From positions 53,568,001 to 53,632,000 of the forward strand of contig OZ320319.1 of NCBI GenBank assembly GCA_976226885.1: a stretch of DNA of 64,000 nt. The letters run 5' to 3'. This document shows positions 1 through 10,452 of this stretch, piece after piece. Numbering within the stretch: position 1 is the first letter of the stretch; every line of letters begins with the position of its first letter. Source of the stretch: Iphione sp. A-MEVVRFRX5. Lineage: Eukaryota. The position numbers and the translations under genes are program-made. Below the pieces are notes generated by a model. The model did not search any database, was not told the DNA's origin, and was given only the letters and a program-made list of their open reading frames with translations.

Positions 1-1
1 T

Positions 2-1213
2 CTTCTTTCTACTGGTATACCATTCCTCCATCTCCACCACTCGTATCGCTTCTTCCAGAGTTTCTGTCTTTGCGTATGCATACCTCAACCTCATCTTGTC
101 GTCAAGAGCCCTCTGGAAGAAATCCACCGAGAGAGAGTCTCGCGTTTCCCTGCTCACATCAGGGTAAGCTTGATACACCAGCTGACACACCTCATTCGCC
201 AGCTGCCTAGGAGTTTGGTTCCCAGTCCTCCGAAGAGTAGTCAACTTCTGAACTGCTCGAATTTTCTTCCTGCCTTCTCCGAATCGATTAAACAGGGCAT
301 TAACGCGCTGCTGATATGTACAAGTCTCTGCAGAGGTTAAATTGCTGTAAAATATTCGTGCAGCCCCCGTTAAGGACAGTACCAACATGTTCTTCTTAGT
401 TTCTTCGTCCCACACACTTACTTTTGCCCATTCCTCGAATCGAGAGTGCCAGTCTTCCCAGTCGTTCGTTCTATCATATCGCTCTGGCTTGACCAACTTC
501 CAACGAGAAGATGATTTCATTTCTGTCGGAGGAGACCACTTCGGAGATTCAGTAGGCTTCTGGGGCGTCAATGGTACCTGCCTTGGTTTGGGTACCCACC
601 TTCCCTGTTTTTCCTGTGTTCGGAGGAATGCGCCAAATTCCTCCAGTAGCCCGTCCCATTCGGAGGTTGGTTCCTCCTGACTCGTTGTTCGTTCCACCTC
701 CCGGTTGAACCGTCGCCGACTGCATGATTCTATCGGTGGAGTCTCGTCACTGGATCCACTACCTTCACCGAGGCCTGGTCATTCCCCACCTTCCTCACAA
801 CCGTTTGAGGTTATTTCCAGAAGTCTTCGGGGTTGCCGTCGCCGAGAGAATTCGTGGACCAATCCTCCTCCTGGCGACTGTTTCTTCTCCTGTTCCTCTC
901 CCTCAGAGCAAGAACAGACAGCCACAGATATCACACCACGCCCTCCGGCAACACTCGCTTCCCCTCTGCTGGGCGAATTACCTTCCTCACGATCCTTCGT
1001 GGATCCGTTGGTGATTTCTTCCGTCGCGTTCATCATGTCGGAATCTTCGTACTCCGACCCTTGTCGCTCCGTTGTCGATAAATACTCGCCGACCGGGTTG
1101 CCCCGTCTTCGCCGGAAACCGTTTCCTCCTTCTCGCATAGGCCGCAAATTCTTCTGGTCCGATTCCGATGAACCGTAGCCATCCTTCTCTGGAGACGCCT
1201 TGTTCGTGTCCAT
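2..1213 (-). pseudogene. Ty3/Gypsy LTR-retrotransposon gag ORF, one in-frame TGA at 779-781, runs off the left window edge
   Basis: The frame of track ORF 779..1213 continues past the TGA with no further stop to position 2 and encodes a capsid-like segment (VKPERYDRTNDWEDWHSRFEEWAKVSVWDEETKKNMLVLSLTGAARIFY...TETLEEAIRVVE). It lies directly downstream of a PBS and LTR. Confidence 0.8.
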
Positions 1214-1244
1214 GTGGATTCTCCTTTCTTCCAGGTTATGTAGA

Positions 1245-1264
1245 GAATCCCACCGATGCCACCA
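1245..1264 (-). promoter_or_regulatory. Primer-binding site complementary to the tRNA-Leu 3' end
   Basis: Plus strand GAATCCCACCGATGCCACCA matches the tRNA-Leu(AAG/TAG) 3' end GAATCCCACCGCTGCCA+CCA with one mismatch, 2 nt from the LTR end. Confidence 0.85.
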
Positions 1265-1266
1265 AA

Positions 1267-1720
1267 TGTAACGTGTCGATCGTTGTCAGGCCGGATGGCC
1301 ACTGCGAAATAAAGAACTTCCACACAGAATATGCGTTGTTGCTCTCACTTCCAAGTCCGGATGAGAACTGTCTTTATTCAGGAAATCAGTGCCCTTATAT
1401 ACAGAGTCTGGCTCTAAAATTAGCCATGGTACAGTCTTAAAAATAGTAACACCCTCCCCCAGAGATCTTTCTGGAGGGGTGCTTCTGGAATCTTCCATAG
1501 CACATACTACCTTTCTCTGCAGGATCCTTCTGGAGAGATCCTTTCTAGAACCTTCCGAGCTGTGCTCAGTACACACGTACTCCCTTCTAGGGGAGTTTCT
1601 AGAATGTTCTTCCCACCCCACGCCACCGGTGGCTATCTCGGAGGATTATCCTCCGAGAACCCTTTCGGAGGAAACACTCTCAATGCGCATTTTGTTCATA
1701 CCAAACACCGAAATGCTACA
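1267..1720 (-). mobile_element. 5' LTR of Gypsy element (454 bp)
   Basis: On the minus strand it begins TGTAGC and ends GTTACA, with a TATA-like TATATAA at about 1394-1400, AATAAA at 1373-1378 and a PBS next to it. Homology to the DIRS YR relic stops exactly at 1721. Confidence 0.75.
1482..1610. promoter_or_regulatory. Three perfect heat-shock elements (nTTCnnGAAnnTTCn) in LTR U3
   Basis: cTTCtgGAAtcTTCc 1482-1496, tTTCtaGAAccTTCc 1542-1556 and tTTCtaGAAtgTTCt 1596-1610, 80-200 bp upstream of the LTR TATA box. Confidence 0.65.
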
Positions 1721-2167
1721 CTTTCTTAAGAATTTCTTGTATGGGTTATCTGGAGGCAAATAACTTGAAGGTTGACGCAGCATGGGTACTGTGCACTGTA
1801 AAGGTACCCATGTCAATTCCTGCCTGAAGCAATAGCTCCTTAAGCTACCTATCTAAAGTGTAAGTAGTGACTAACCAGTAGGGAGGGACATAGTTAATGA
1901 ACAAAGCAGCTTGGTCCCCCTTGATGTGTCTAGTATGATTCATGTAATCCCTAACATAAACATCTACATCAAGTTTCCTGATAAAAACCATACTAACACT
2001 ATGCAATTGGGTTGTTTCCCCATCCTACTGTGCTTCAAAGGAGAAGAGAAATTGATCTGCAGATAGTTCATACCAATTTCATGGCTAATACCTAAGTCAA
2101 TATTATGGACTGTCTGAAGCCTACCACAAGAAGGAAACAGAACCCGCACAACCTTTTTCAATACAAG
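1721..2167 (-). pseudogene. DIRS1-type tyrosine recombinase relic, C-terminal part
   Basis: Translates as ...KKVVRVLFPSCGRLQT...LQINFSSPLKHSRMG...ALFINYVPPY...LKELLLQAGIDMGTFTVHSTHAAS...IQEILKK with stops, collinear with the intact YR at 37871-38782. Confidence 0.85.
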
Positions 2168-2846
2168 TAATGGTACAGCGCATGCTGCGTATGGAGGTCA
2201 CATTGTCTTAAGTAGTGACAGGGGGGCTGTCAGAGCTGGGGGAAGGAATTCTTGCTATCAGGACAGCCTGGGAGGCACCTGCCAGCCAAGGGGGGATGCT
2301 CATAGATGGGGGAAGTTCCTCTAGTGGTCGTGGCAGCGTCTGCCGGCCACAAGGGGGGGGTGGGGTTGGGTGGCTGTCAGAGCTGGGGGAAGGACTTCTC
2401 GCAATCAGGGCAGCTCAGGAGGCATCTGCCGGCCACGGGGGGGGTGCTCAGAGATGGGGGAAGTTCCTTTAGAGGTCGTGGCAGGATCTGCCAGCCAGGG
2501 GGGGGGGGGCTCTCAGAGCTGGGGGAGGGACCAGTCACAGTCTCCCACCTTCCTTCCCACGCTGGAAGCAGCTGCCAATCAACTAGGGCTCCAGACTAAG
2601 GTTGTGTAAGACCCTCAATCGCCGGCTCAACTTCAAAGAGTGAACCCACTCTTCATTCTACACTGATTCTTCCATAGGCTTCGAAAAGAACTGAACTCCA
2701 AGAGTGACGTTACAAGCTGCAAGCCGGTTCAGACATCAAAGAGTAAGCCCCACCCACTCTTACCACTGCTTTCCTCCTTCCAATAATGGAGGTCACACAC
2801 CACTAGGACTGTGACAGACTTACTTGTGGATGTGACCTCCACTGAA
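2168..2846. mobile_element. 679-bp non-coding insertion flanked by a 3-bp AAG duplication, no terminal inverted repeats
   Basis: AAG at 2165-2167 and 2847-2849. Removing the insert restores LSLKALVLKKVVRVLFPSC, the same length as ISLKQLSLKCLMLLLLASC in the intact YR. Confidence 0.7.
2221..2530. repeat. G-rich degenerate tandem repeat (about 65-75 bp subunits) inside the 679-bp insertion
   Basis: Recurrent ggggggctgtcagagctgggggaagg / ggggggatgctcagagatgggggaagttcct blocks. Confidence 0.8.
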
Positions 2847-3090
2847 AAGAGCTTTAAGAGATAACCCTGCAGTGGGAACCCGCCTTTCCAGAAAATTGAA
2901 GACTACCTCAACATCCCAAGTATATTCTAGGTAGGCCTGCTGAGGATGTAGGTTGAACATGTCTTCTATAACCTAATTGGTAATCTAGTGTTGCCATAAA
3001 GGGTACCTTTCCATATTTCTTGAGATGGCTGACAGGGTACTCCTAGCAGTATTGAGAACACTATAACTAATCCCTGAGTTTAAAAGCTGA
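2847..3090 (-). pseudogene. DIRS1-type tyrosine recombinase relic, N-terminal part
   Basis: QLLNSGISYSVLNTARSTLSAI...MFNLHPQQAYLEYTWDVEVVFNFL...LSLKAL aligns to DLFNKGLRYSALNTARSALSAV...FFNLRPPVARIDYVWDVQKVLNYL...ISLKQL of the intact element. Confidence 0.85.
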
Positions 3091-3172
3091 ATATTATAAT
3101 TAAATCTTTATCTATAATGGCATATTCTTAAAGATTTCGTATTTGCCACAAGATACAATTTCTTACGACATA

Positions 3173-3350
3173 CAGTAGAAACTATTTACGACCACCCTTT
3201 GGTTCCCAGCTGAAGTGGTCACATTGGTGAATTTGGTCACAAATTCATAATGGTTAATTATAGAAAAAAAAAACTTTTGTGCCAAGCTGTACTGGTCGTA
3301 TTAGTGAGAATGGTTGCAAAATGAGGTGGTCGGAAATAGAGGCTTGACTG
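3173..3350. mobile_element. Tc1/mariner-type MITE relic
   Basis: TA-CAGT...ACTG-TA termini with inverted cgaccacc / ggtggtcg subterminal motifs. Confidence 0.6.
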
Positions 3351-4203
3351 TACTTCAAATTTTCAATAAACAAAGTGTAAGCTAGAAACATTACTATCCC
3401 TCTGACTAAACAACAGATACAAACATTAATTTTGTTCCCTGAGCTGAGTTAACAGTATTCTTATTCTTATAATCCTCTTTTTGGTGTAAGAGGCCTGATG
3501 TAGGTTCTATTATTCTGTTATAGACAACATCCTTTCCATCTTCATTCTGTCTGTGCTTCCAAGTTAACTTTTAGACAACATCCTTTCCTTGCCATTGTTT
3601 ATACTTCATATATATGTGATATAATTGATTATTAAGCATTAATTAATTTATTATAAATCCTCAGATGTCCTTTCCAAACAGTGGATGTCTTTTGTAGACG
3701 TCCTTTACCTTACTGACATAGTTTAAGATACAAAAAAGTTTGACGAGATCCTTTTACTTCTCCTCATTCTCTTCCATAGAGATTTCATTCTTATCTCACT
3801 ATAATGTGACTCTTCATAACCTTGTGTCATCCAAACTTCCTGTAACTTATATATTATTGATCTACGAACTTTCTTCTCTTTGATGACACCAGGGTATACA
3901 TTGTTTTCTTTGTGACCTCGTCCTTGGTGTGGTTGCAAACTCATCAGGTTCTCGTAACTCATAATAATAACAATAATCAAGCCTTAGTAGTGTACAATCT
4001 CTAATTGCTATCAATTCTGATTTCATTATGTTCCTGTCTGGAATGCTATATGGTTTTTAAACAATCTTATAAAATTTTGTGTTGGTTCTTGTTTCTCTAG
4101 CATTTCTGTCTGCGGTAGTTTTTCCAAAATTCTACTACTTAGAGTGCTGAAATGTGAATTTAAGTAATTACCACAGATAACTGCATCTGAGGTAGTCTCT
4201 CCA

Positions 4204-4623
4204 TTAATAATCCTTCTCTTTATCTTCCCAGCCACATGCTTCCTTCAATATCCCCCATTGTTTACCAGAATCATTAGCATTTTCAGATATTTTCCGACTT
4301 ATATAGTCACGTTTCAGGGATGTAATTAACTGCATCACTCTGTATGATAAGGTTTTCAGTTGTAATTTATCCTCCATAACTCCAGACTTTTTTAATCTTC
4401 TTGATGCTTTGTGCTTTTCTCGAATCAGATCCAATAATTCACCTGTTACCCATGGGGTACTATTGTCCTTCCGGCGAATACCCCTCACTGGTGCTTCATT
4501 TTTAATTGTATCAGTTATAGATTTAATTAAAAATTCCCATTTCTCCAATACACCCACCATTGCATAGAAGGATACCCAATTAATATCCCTCAGAGTCACA
4601 GAACCATGTCTCCGTGAGAACAA
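4204..4623 (-). mobile_element. Non-LTR retrotransposon (CR1/L2-like) ORF2 relic, endonuclease-RT linker
   Basis: KKDNSTPWVTGELLDLIREKHKA...LKRDYISRKISENANDSGKQWGILK resembles the PW.T..I...IR.R...K..Y....I.E...D....W..LK linker. Decayed sequence probably continues to about 3400. Confidence 0.65.
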
Positions 4624-5291
4624 AGATTTCTGGTTTCAACTTATTCAATAGTAGACAAAATTCATTCCACTTTACTTATGTAAAAACATAAGGGCCTCTG
4701 AGGCTTCAGGGGGTCAACATTTCTCATAACACAACATGTAGCCCCTGTCTTGATAAGAGGCATATTAGAGTCTTGTCAATCTCCTCCAAGAGTGCATCAT
4801 TTACTTCAGAGTGGGTTACGTGTTAAAGATTTGTCAATCCTTCTCCTGAAATAATTGGTGCCAGTAGAGGTACTTCATTAATGTCCAAGAACACTGTGTT
4901 CTTGAAAATGACAGAGTTAGATCCTTCTCGGCCACCTTCATGACCATCACGATCTCTTTATACAATAGTGCCTGGCCCAAATAGCCCATCGGTTGGACCT
5001 TCTAGAGGTACTTCTCCCCAAACTTAAAAACTTTCATTAGGTTTGTTTTACCTTTGTTAGTTGGAAATCTGTGTAATTGGCTAGCTGAGGATACAACTCC
5101 TTCTTCCTGTTCACCGCTGGCTCCTCCCACCACTTGAGTTGGGCCTTATTGATGATATCCGCGACATTCTATGGGATGTAAGGACCCATCACTTCATCCT
5201 TTTCGAGGTACTCCTGGTACTCTTCAAATAATTTGTGTGCAATAAAGTAAATAATGCACATTGATACTCCCATTTGGTAGAATCCACCTAT

Positions 5292-5582
5292 TGTAGCTGT
5301 TATCCTGGCTTAGTAATTCCTCTAGTTTACTGCTTATGGTTAGTCCAAGTTCCAACCCTTAAGGTAATTCCAAGTGGGTTTGTGTTCCTAAGCATCTCCA
5401 GAGGAACAAGTTCCACGAAGTAGTTCAAAGTGCAGACTGGTTTATTGGCCACACAGGGCCCATATTTATAGTAGACACAAGTGTCATGTGACCAGATTGA
5501 TGTATCAAAAGATGGAATAAAACAGATACAACATTACTCTTGTCTATGTCTTCCTCCAATCAGATTCTTTGAGGTAGTTACA
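5292..5582 (-). mobile_element. Probable old LTR relic
   Basis: TGTAGC...GTTACA ends on the plus strand, minus-strand TATAAA (5465-5470) followed by AATAAA (5441-5446), the same layout as the 1267-1720 LTR. The PBS is degenerate. Confidence 0.45.
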
Positions 5583-7003
5583 AAGTAGCTGGTGCCGGGA
5601 GTATTGAGTACATTGCCTGGGCCCTTCCCACAAAATGGCTGGGCCCCATTACCGACTGGTTAGGCCTCCTTTTACATTGGTTGGGCCCCTGACAATTTTG
5701 GGTGGACCCCTGGTTCTGTTAGGTCACAGACAACCCCACCAGGGTGGGTACCATTACATCTACAATATCTTCTTCATCGGAAACCTGATGAGGAGCGCTT
5801 TGCCACAGTAACAAAACCATCTGGGTTACTTTATCATCTGAGTCCCTGTCAGGTGGGACTTGGCTGGGTTAGATGAAATTGGACGACTGGTCCTCATCTT
5901 ATTATAAGCCCTCAACTTTAAATTCAGGACATCCACCAGGAAAGACAACTCTCCTTTGAAGTCTGAATGGAATTCAGCCATATCATTCCTAAAACCAGCC
6001 ATGGTCTGATTTAGAAAAATGACCATATCTAGGATAGCCGCCATAGGCACCTGTTGCTTAGACCTGACAGTTATATGTGCCCTTGCCAACTACCAACAAA
6101 CATACAGAATGGTGTTCAGTCAACGACTTACAACTGGGGATGTAGACCACAGTTCTGCATGATGCTCGCAATTGTTTTTCTACAGAGACACCATGTCCTA
6201 CCATGTTCTACCTCATGGCAGGCACAAGAAAGTGACATAAATATACCACAGTAAACAATTGAAGAAACACGCGGGAACAGGCACACACTAGTTTACTTGC
6301 ACGGCCCAATTACATAGTCAGAAATTATCTACTGATGACAACTTCATATCTTTGTAAATGCTGAGCCAAATTAGCCACAGATTCTACTGACAAGTCAAGT
6401 CTGAGGCTGAGGTTAGTAGCAGCCTATTACTGATACAGTAGTGTACACTTAAAGTGTGCGTAATGCGCCATGACAGAGCATGCAGATGACCTTAGTCAAA
6501 TTGATAGAGTGATTTGGTAAAGATAGGAGTTGTTGTGTTCGGTAGTGTGTACACAACTATACTGTCCCAACGTTATGACAAATGTCTAGTGTCCTTTTTG
6601 ATAAATACTGGTGCTATGGGTGTAAAATGTACGTGTGTTTCTGGCATAGATCTTACTCCAGAGAACAGATAACAAGAGGTAGGATACACTGTGAGATTTG
6701 TATTCCATCTAAATCCAATATCAATAGTTACACAACAGCTGAATGGGACCAACTCTGATTCACTTACTGTCTGGGAGATGAGGGATCAATCAAAATATTC
6801 AGAAATAGCGTAAATGCTTCTGTAGAGTTTGTTGTTCAGGGATCAACTCCCAGCACTAGCCCTCTGCCTGCCTGAGCTGCAGAGGACCCATCCTGGTAAG
6901 AGCTAAATTTACTCGGATCCTGCCCGTCTCCTAAACCCTAACTTACTGCCACTTAATTAGACCGAACAAGGTATATTGAGCAGCCCAGGTTGCTATGTGG
7001 AGT

Positions 7004-8046
7004 CAGTCATTCTCTGTCTGTCTGTCCTTCTCTCTCACTCTGTCTGTCTGTGTGAGACTGAGGGAAAGTGAGAGTGAGAGCAAGGATGTGAACAAGAGCA
7101 TGAGCATGAGTAAGCATGAGTGAGAGTATGAGTGTAAGAGTATGAGCAAGGGTAAGAGCAAGACCATAGGTGAGAGTGAGCATGACTGAGTGAGAGTAAG
7201 AGTGGGAACAAGAGGAAGAGAGAGAGTGAGGAGGAGCATAAGTGATGGTGTGAAAGTGTGTAAGAGTGTGAATGAGAGCATGAGTGAAAGTGAGGGGGGA
7301 GCAAGAGTCAGAGTGTAAGTGAAAGTGAGAATATGAGATTGACACTGAGAGTGAGAGCAAGAACATAAGGGAACGTGACTTAAAGTGAGAGCATGGGGCT
7401 ATAGGAGAGTGAAAGTGAGTGTGAGCATGAGTATAAGTGAAAGTGTGAGTGATAGTGTAAGTGTCAGTGAGAGCCAGACTGTATATGAGTGTGAGCATGA
7501 GTGACAGTGTGAGCAAGAGTATAAGAGTAAGTGTGACTGAAACTGTGAGAATGTGAGTAAGCAAGAGTAAGAGTAAGTGCATGAATGAGAGTAAGCATGA
7601 CTGAGTGAGAGTAAGAGTGGCAGCAAGATGAAGAGTCAGAGTGTGAGAGGGAGCATGAGTGAGTGTGTGACAGTGTGAATGAGAGCAAGAGTGAGAGTGT
7701 GAATGAGAACATGAGTGAGAGTGTGAGAACAAGAGTGAGAGCAAGAGCATAATTGACAGCATGAGCTAAAGCAAGAATGAGAGTGAGTGTAAGCATGAAC
7801 AAGAGTATAAGTGAAAGTGTGAGTGATAGTGTGTCAGTGAAAGCCAGAGGGTGTATGTGAGTGTGAGTCAACGTATAAGTGAAAGTGTGACTAAGAGTGA
7901 CAGCATGGGAATAAGAGTGTCAGTAAGAGTGTCAGTGAGACCATAAGTGTAAATGAATATGAGTCAGAGTGTGAGAGCATGAGTGCATGAGGGTATGAAT
8001 AAGAACAAGAGTGAGAGTGTGAGTGAGACTGAGTGAGGGCAAGAGC
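7004..8046. repeat. Degenerate hexamer-based satellite (GAGTGT/GAGCAT/GAGTAA)n, about 1 kb
   Basis: Purine-rich 6-nt periodicity with larger internal duplications (about 7120-7300 vs 7540-7740). It explains the His/Ser/Thr/Leu ORFs on the minus strand. Confidence 0.9.
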
Positions 8047-8283
8047 ATACAGCTGGTCACTGACCTGTATGCCCAAGCAATCAAGCGTCATAGCCCCTTC
8101 CCACCCATCCCCGGCCCTCCGGCAGTCAGTGGCTGCTTGGTGCACATGGGGGCATGCGCTGTCATTACCAGAACAGTGAGTCACCACACATGCCCAGGAG
8201 TCTTCCTGGGACAGCCTCCGCAGAGTCTTCAGCACTCTGCTCTGGACTTCCAAAGTGTGCCTGCTCCCTTGGCCTGACTGACC

Positions 8284-9421
8284 ATGGACCACCAACAGCA
8301 ACAGCAACAGCAGCCACAACAGCCACAGCAAGCGGCCCCACAAGGCCTGCAACTGGAGCCTGTGCCTGCACAGTGTCCTCTGGTGTCCCCACCTGCCTAG
8401 CTGGCAGGCCCGGCCCCAGAGGCGCCCAAACAGCCTCTGGCTGTCTGCGATGTTCAGGCACTTGCCCTAGCTGCTCTGGCACAACCAATGACCGGCAGAG
8501 TCCCACAAGAGCTCCTTGACAGCGTGGTCGCCAATATGCAGAGGTCCACCATCATGACATAGAGGATGCACAGAGTGGAGTCTCTTCTCCAGATGATGGC
8601 CTTCATGAATGACTTCACCTGCTAGCCACCTGGACAACTCCATAGGCAACAGGCCCAGCCAGCCGCAGCCCTGCTGGTACAAGTGGCACAACCCCCAGTG
8701 GCCCTGCCACTGCCTGCCACACAGCCACCAGTTACAGTCCTAGATCTTCTTGGTCCCAGCGCTATGCCAAAGTACTCCAGACAGAGGGACCCAGACATAC
8801 AGGAGTACTCCAGCGACTCCGACAACAATGAACCTGAGTGATGGGAGTCCCGCCTCCACCAATGGCATGCTATCCCAGAGGAGGAGCTCCACTTCGAAAG
8901 AAGCAAAGACAAGAGAGTATATTACCCTGCAACCAGGCAGATGGCCAGGCACAGGAAGCCCTACATGTGCCTACCCAGTTCCAGCTGTTAACAGAGCCTA
9001 CAGAGCAGGCCGTGCCCCCCAACCACTGGTCGACCACATCAAGGACATCTGTGCAGATGCTGCCTAACACTCCTGGCCCTCAGTTCGACAGTGGTCCCTC
9101 AAAATCATTGAAAACATTAGCATTAGAAGGCACTCCTGGGACGACAGCGCTGAGATTCAGAGCAGGAGAAACATTGCTGTTACCATGGGCCTCCTGGCCC
9201 GAGCTGACAAGGAGGCTCTATGCTTCAGATACAACTCCCCCTCTTGCCTTGACTATGATGGCCACGTCTACGGGGGCACAGCCATGCTCCCCAGGTGTGC
9301 CTCCTGTTGGTATACCTCAGACAAATGCTACTGCAACCACCCTGGCACAGCCTGCCAGAGGAAGATATACCTCAACAAGATGGAGCAGAAGCAGCAGAAG
9401 CCCCCTGCCAAACCCCGCTAG
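8284..9421 (+). pseudogene. gag-like ORF1 of the outer element (stops and frameshifts)
   Basis: Starts MDHQQQQQQQPQQ. Includes LVDHIKDICADAA*HSWPSVRQW...SWDD (homologous to LEHIRDAAEEAHATGWDPIKDW...KWDD of the inner ORF1) and a C-terminal Cys/His finger LCFRYNSPSC...CASC...HPGTAC. Confidence 0.7.
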
Positions 9422-9989
9422 GACAAGAATCTGAGGAAGGACACCCCCAAAACGCACAGAGGAGGCCTAGGGCCAGCACCTGCAGCCATTAGCCCACATA
9501 ACAGATGCTGGCCCCCCTCCAGCTTCCCCTTACCGCACCGAATATTGCCTGATGCCCACATCACCCAGCCAAACACTCCACACACTCAGGCCCTCCGCAA
9601 ACACCCAATGGTCAGGAAACCCCGATCCCCTCTTATCCCACCATTGCCCAGACGTGCAGCCCCTAAAACAACACTAGTGGGCCCACTCAGCACCTGCCCC
9701 TTGAGTCCTGACACCATATGGCCTAAGGACATCTGACTGCACAGAGCTCACAATGACTGCACCTGCATGCTCGCTCCAATAACAGCCAGCATCACGCTGA
9801 CAGCCATGCACCGCCTGCCACCAGATGCCCATGGTACAAAGCAGCCCTGGCTACTCACAGAGCCCTCACATGGCCGGCTCTCCCCCCCTCAGGAATGGGA
9901 CCCACTGACCCAAACATACACTGCGGTTGCCCACCTTGGCCACCCAAACAGCATCGGAGCTGAGATTCTGCTCCACGTCCTCCCCACCG

Positions 9990-10286
9990 ACCAGTGGCAG
10001 CTGCTGCTACAGGCCACCATGATGACCAGTTCATCCTGGATGGGGTCACCTTTGGCTTTCCACTTCAGTACGCTGTGCCCAATCCCCCCCCCCAACCAGC
10101 CCCAGCCTGCTTGTCGTAACCACTCCTCAGCCAAGGCCTTCCCAGAAGCCCTGGAGGACTACGCAGCAACAGAGTTGGCCCATGGGGCCATCATGGGCCC
10201 ATTCAAGGGCCTCTCCCTTCACTTCATGGTATCACTCCTCCTTTGTGATGACGAGGCCCAAGTCAAATGGAGCCAGGTGCATCATA
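9990..10286 (+). pseudogene. RT N-terminus of the outer element, left of the nested insertion
   Basis: PACRNHSSAKAFPEALEDYAATELAHGAIMGPF...SNGARCII, a typical PAT/Ngaro RT start. Confidence 0.75.
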
Positions 10287-10452
10287 TAGCCACTACTCGG
10301 CGCTGTAGTTGCTGATTATTGCCAGAGAGTGGTGCCCCCTAGTGCTTTGGTATGTAGGCTGGTGCTGTGCAGCAGCGTGAGTGGCAGTTGGTGTTTGAAT
10401 TAGTTGGAGTGCAGACGTGCAACCCTGACTGTTGGGACTCTTCAAACAAAAC

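Noticed and set aside
1245-1264. tRNA gene
   Set aside because: Only the 3' 20 nt including CCA match, with no cloverleaf. Its position next to the LTR end identifies it as a PBS.
1452-1460. Polypurine tract GGGGGAGGG before TGTTAC, suggesting a 185-bp LTR shared by two tandem elements
   Set aside because: YR-relic homology ends exactly at 1721 next to TGTAGC and the HSE-rich segment fits U3, so a single 454-bp LTR is more parsimonious.
7003-7871. His/Ser/Thr/Leu-rich ORFs up to 251 aa
   Set aside because: By-products of the hexamer satellite, with overlapping ORFs in all three minus frames.
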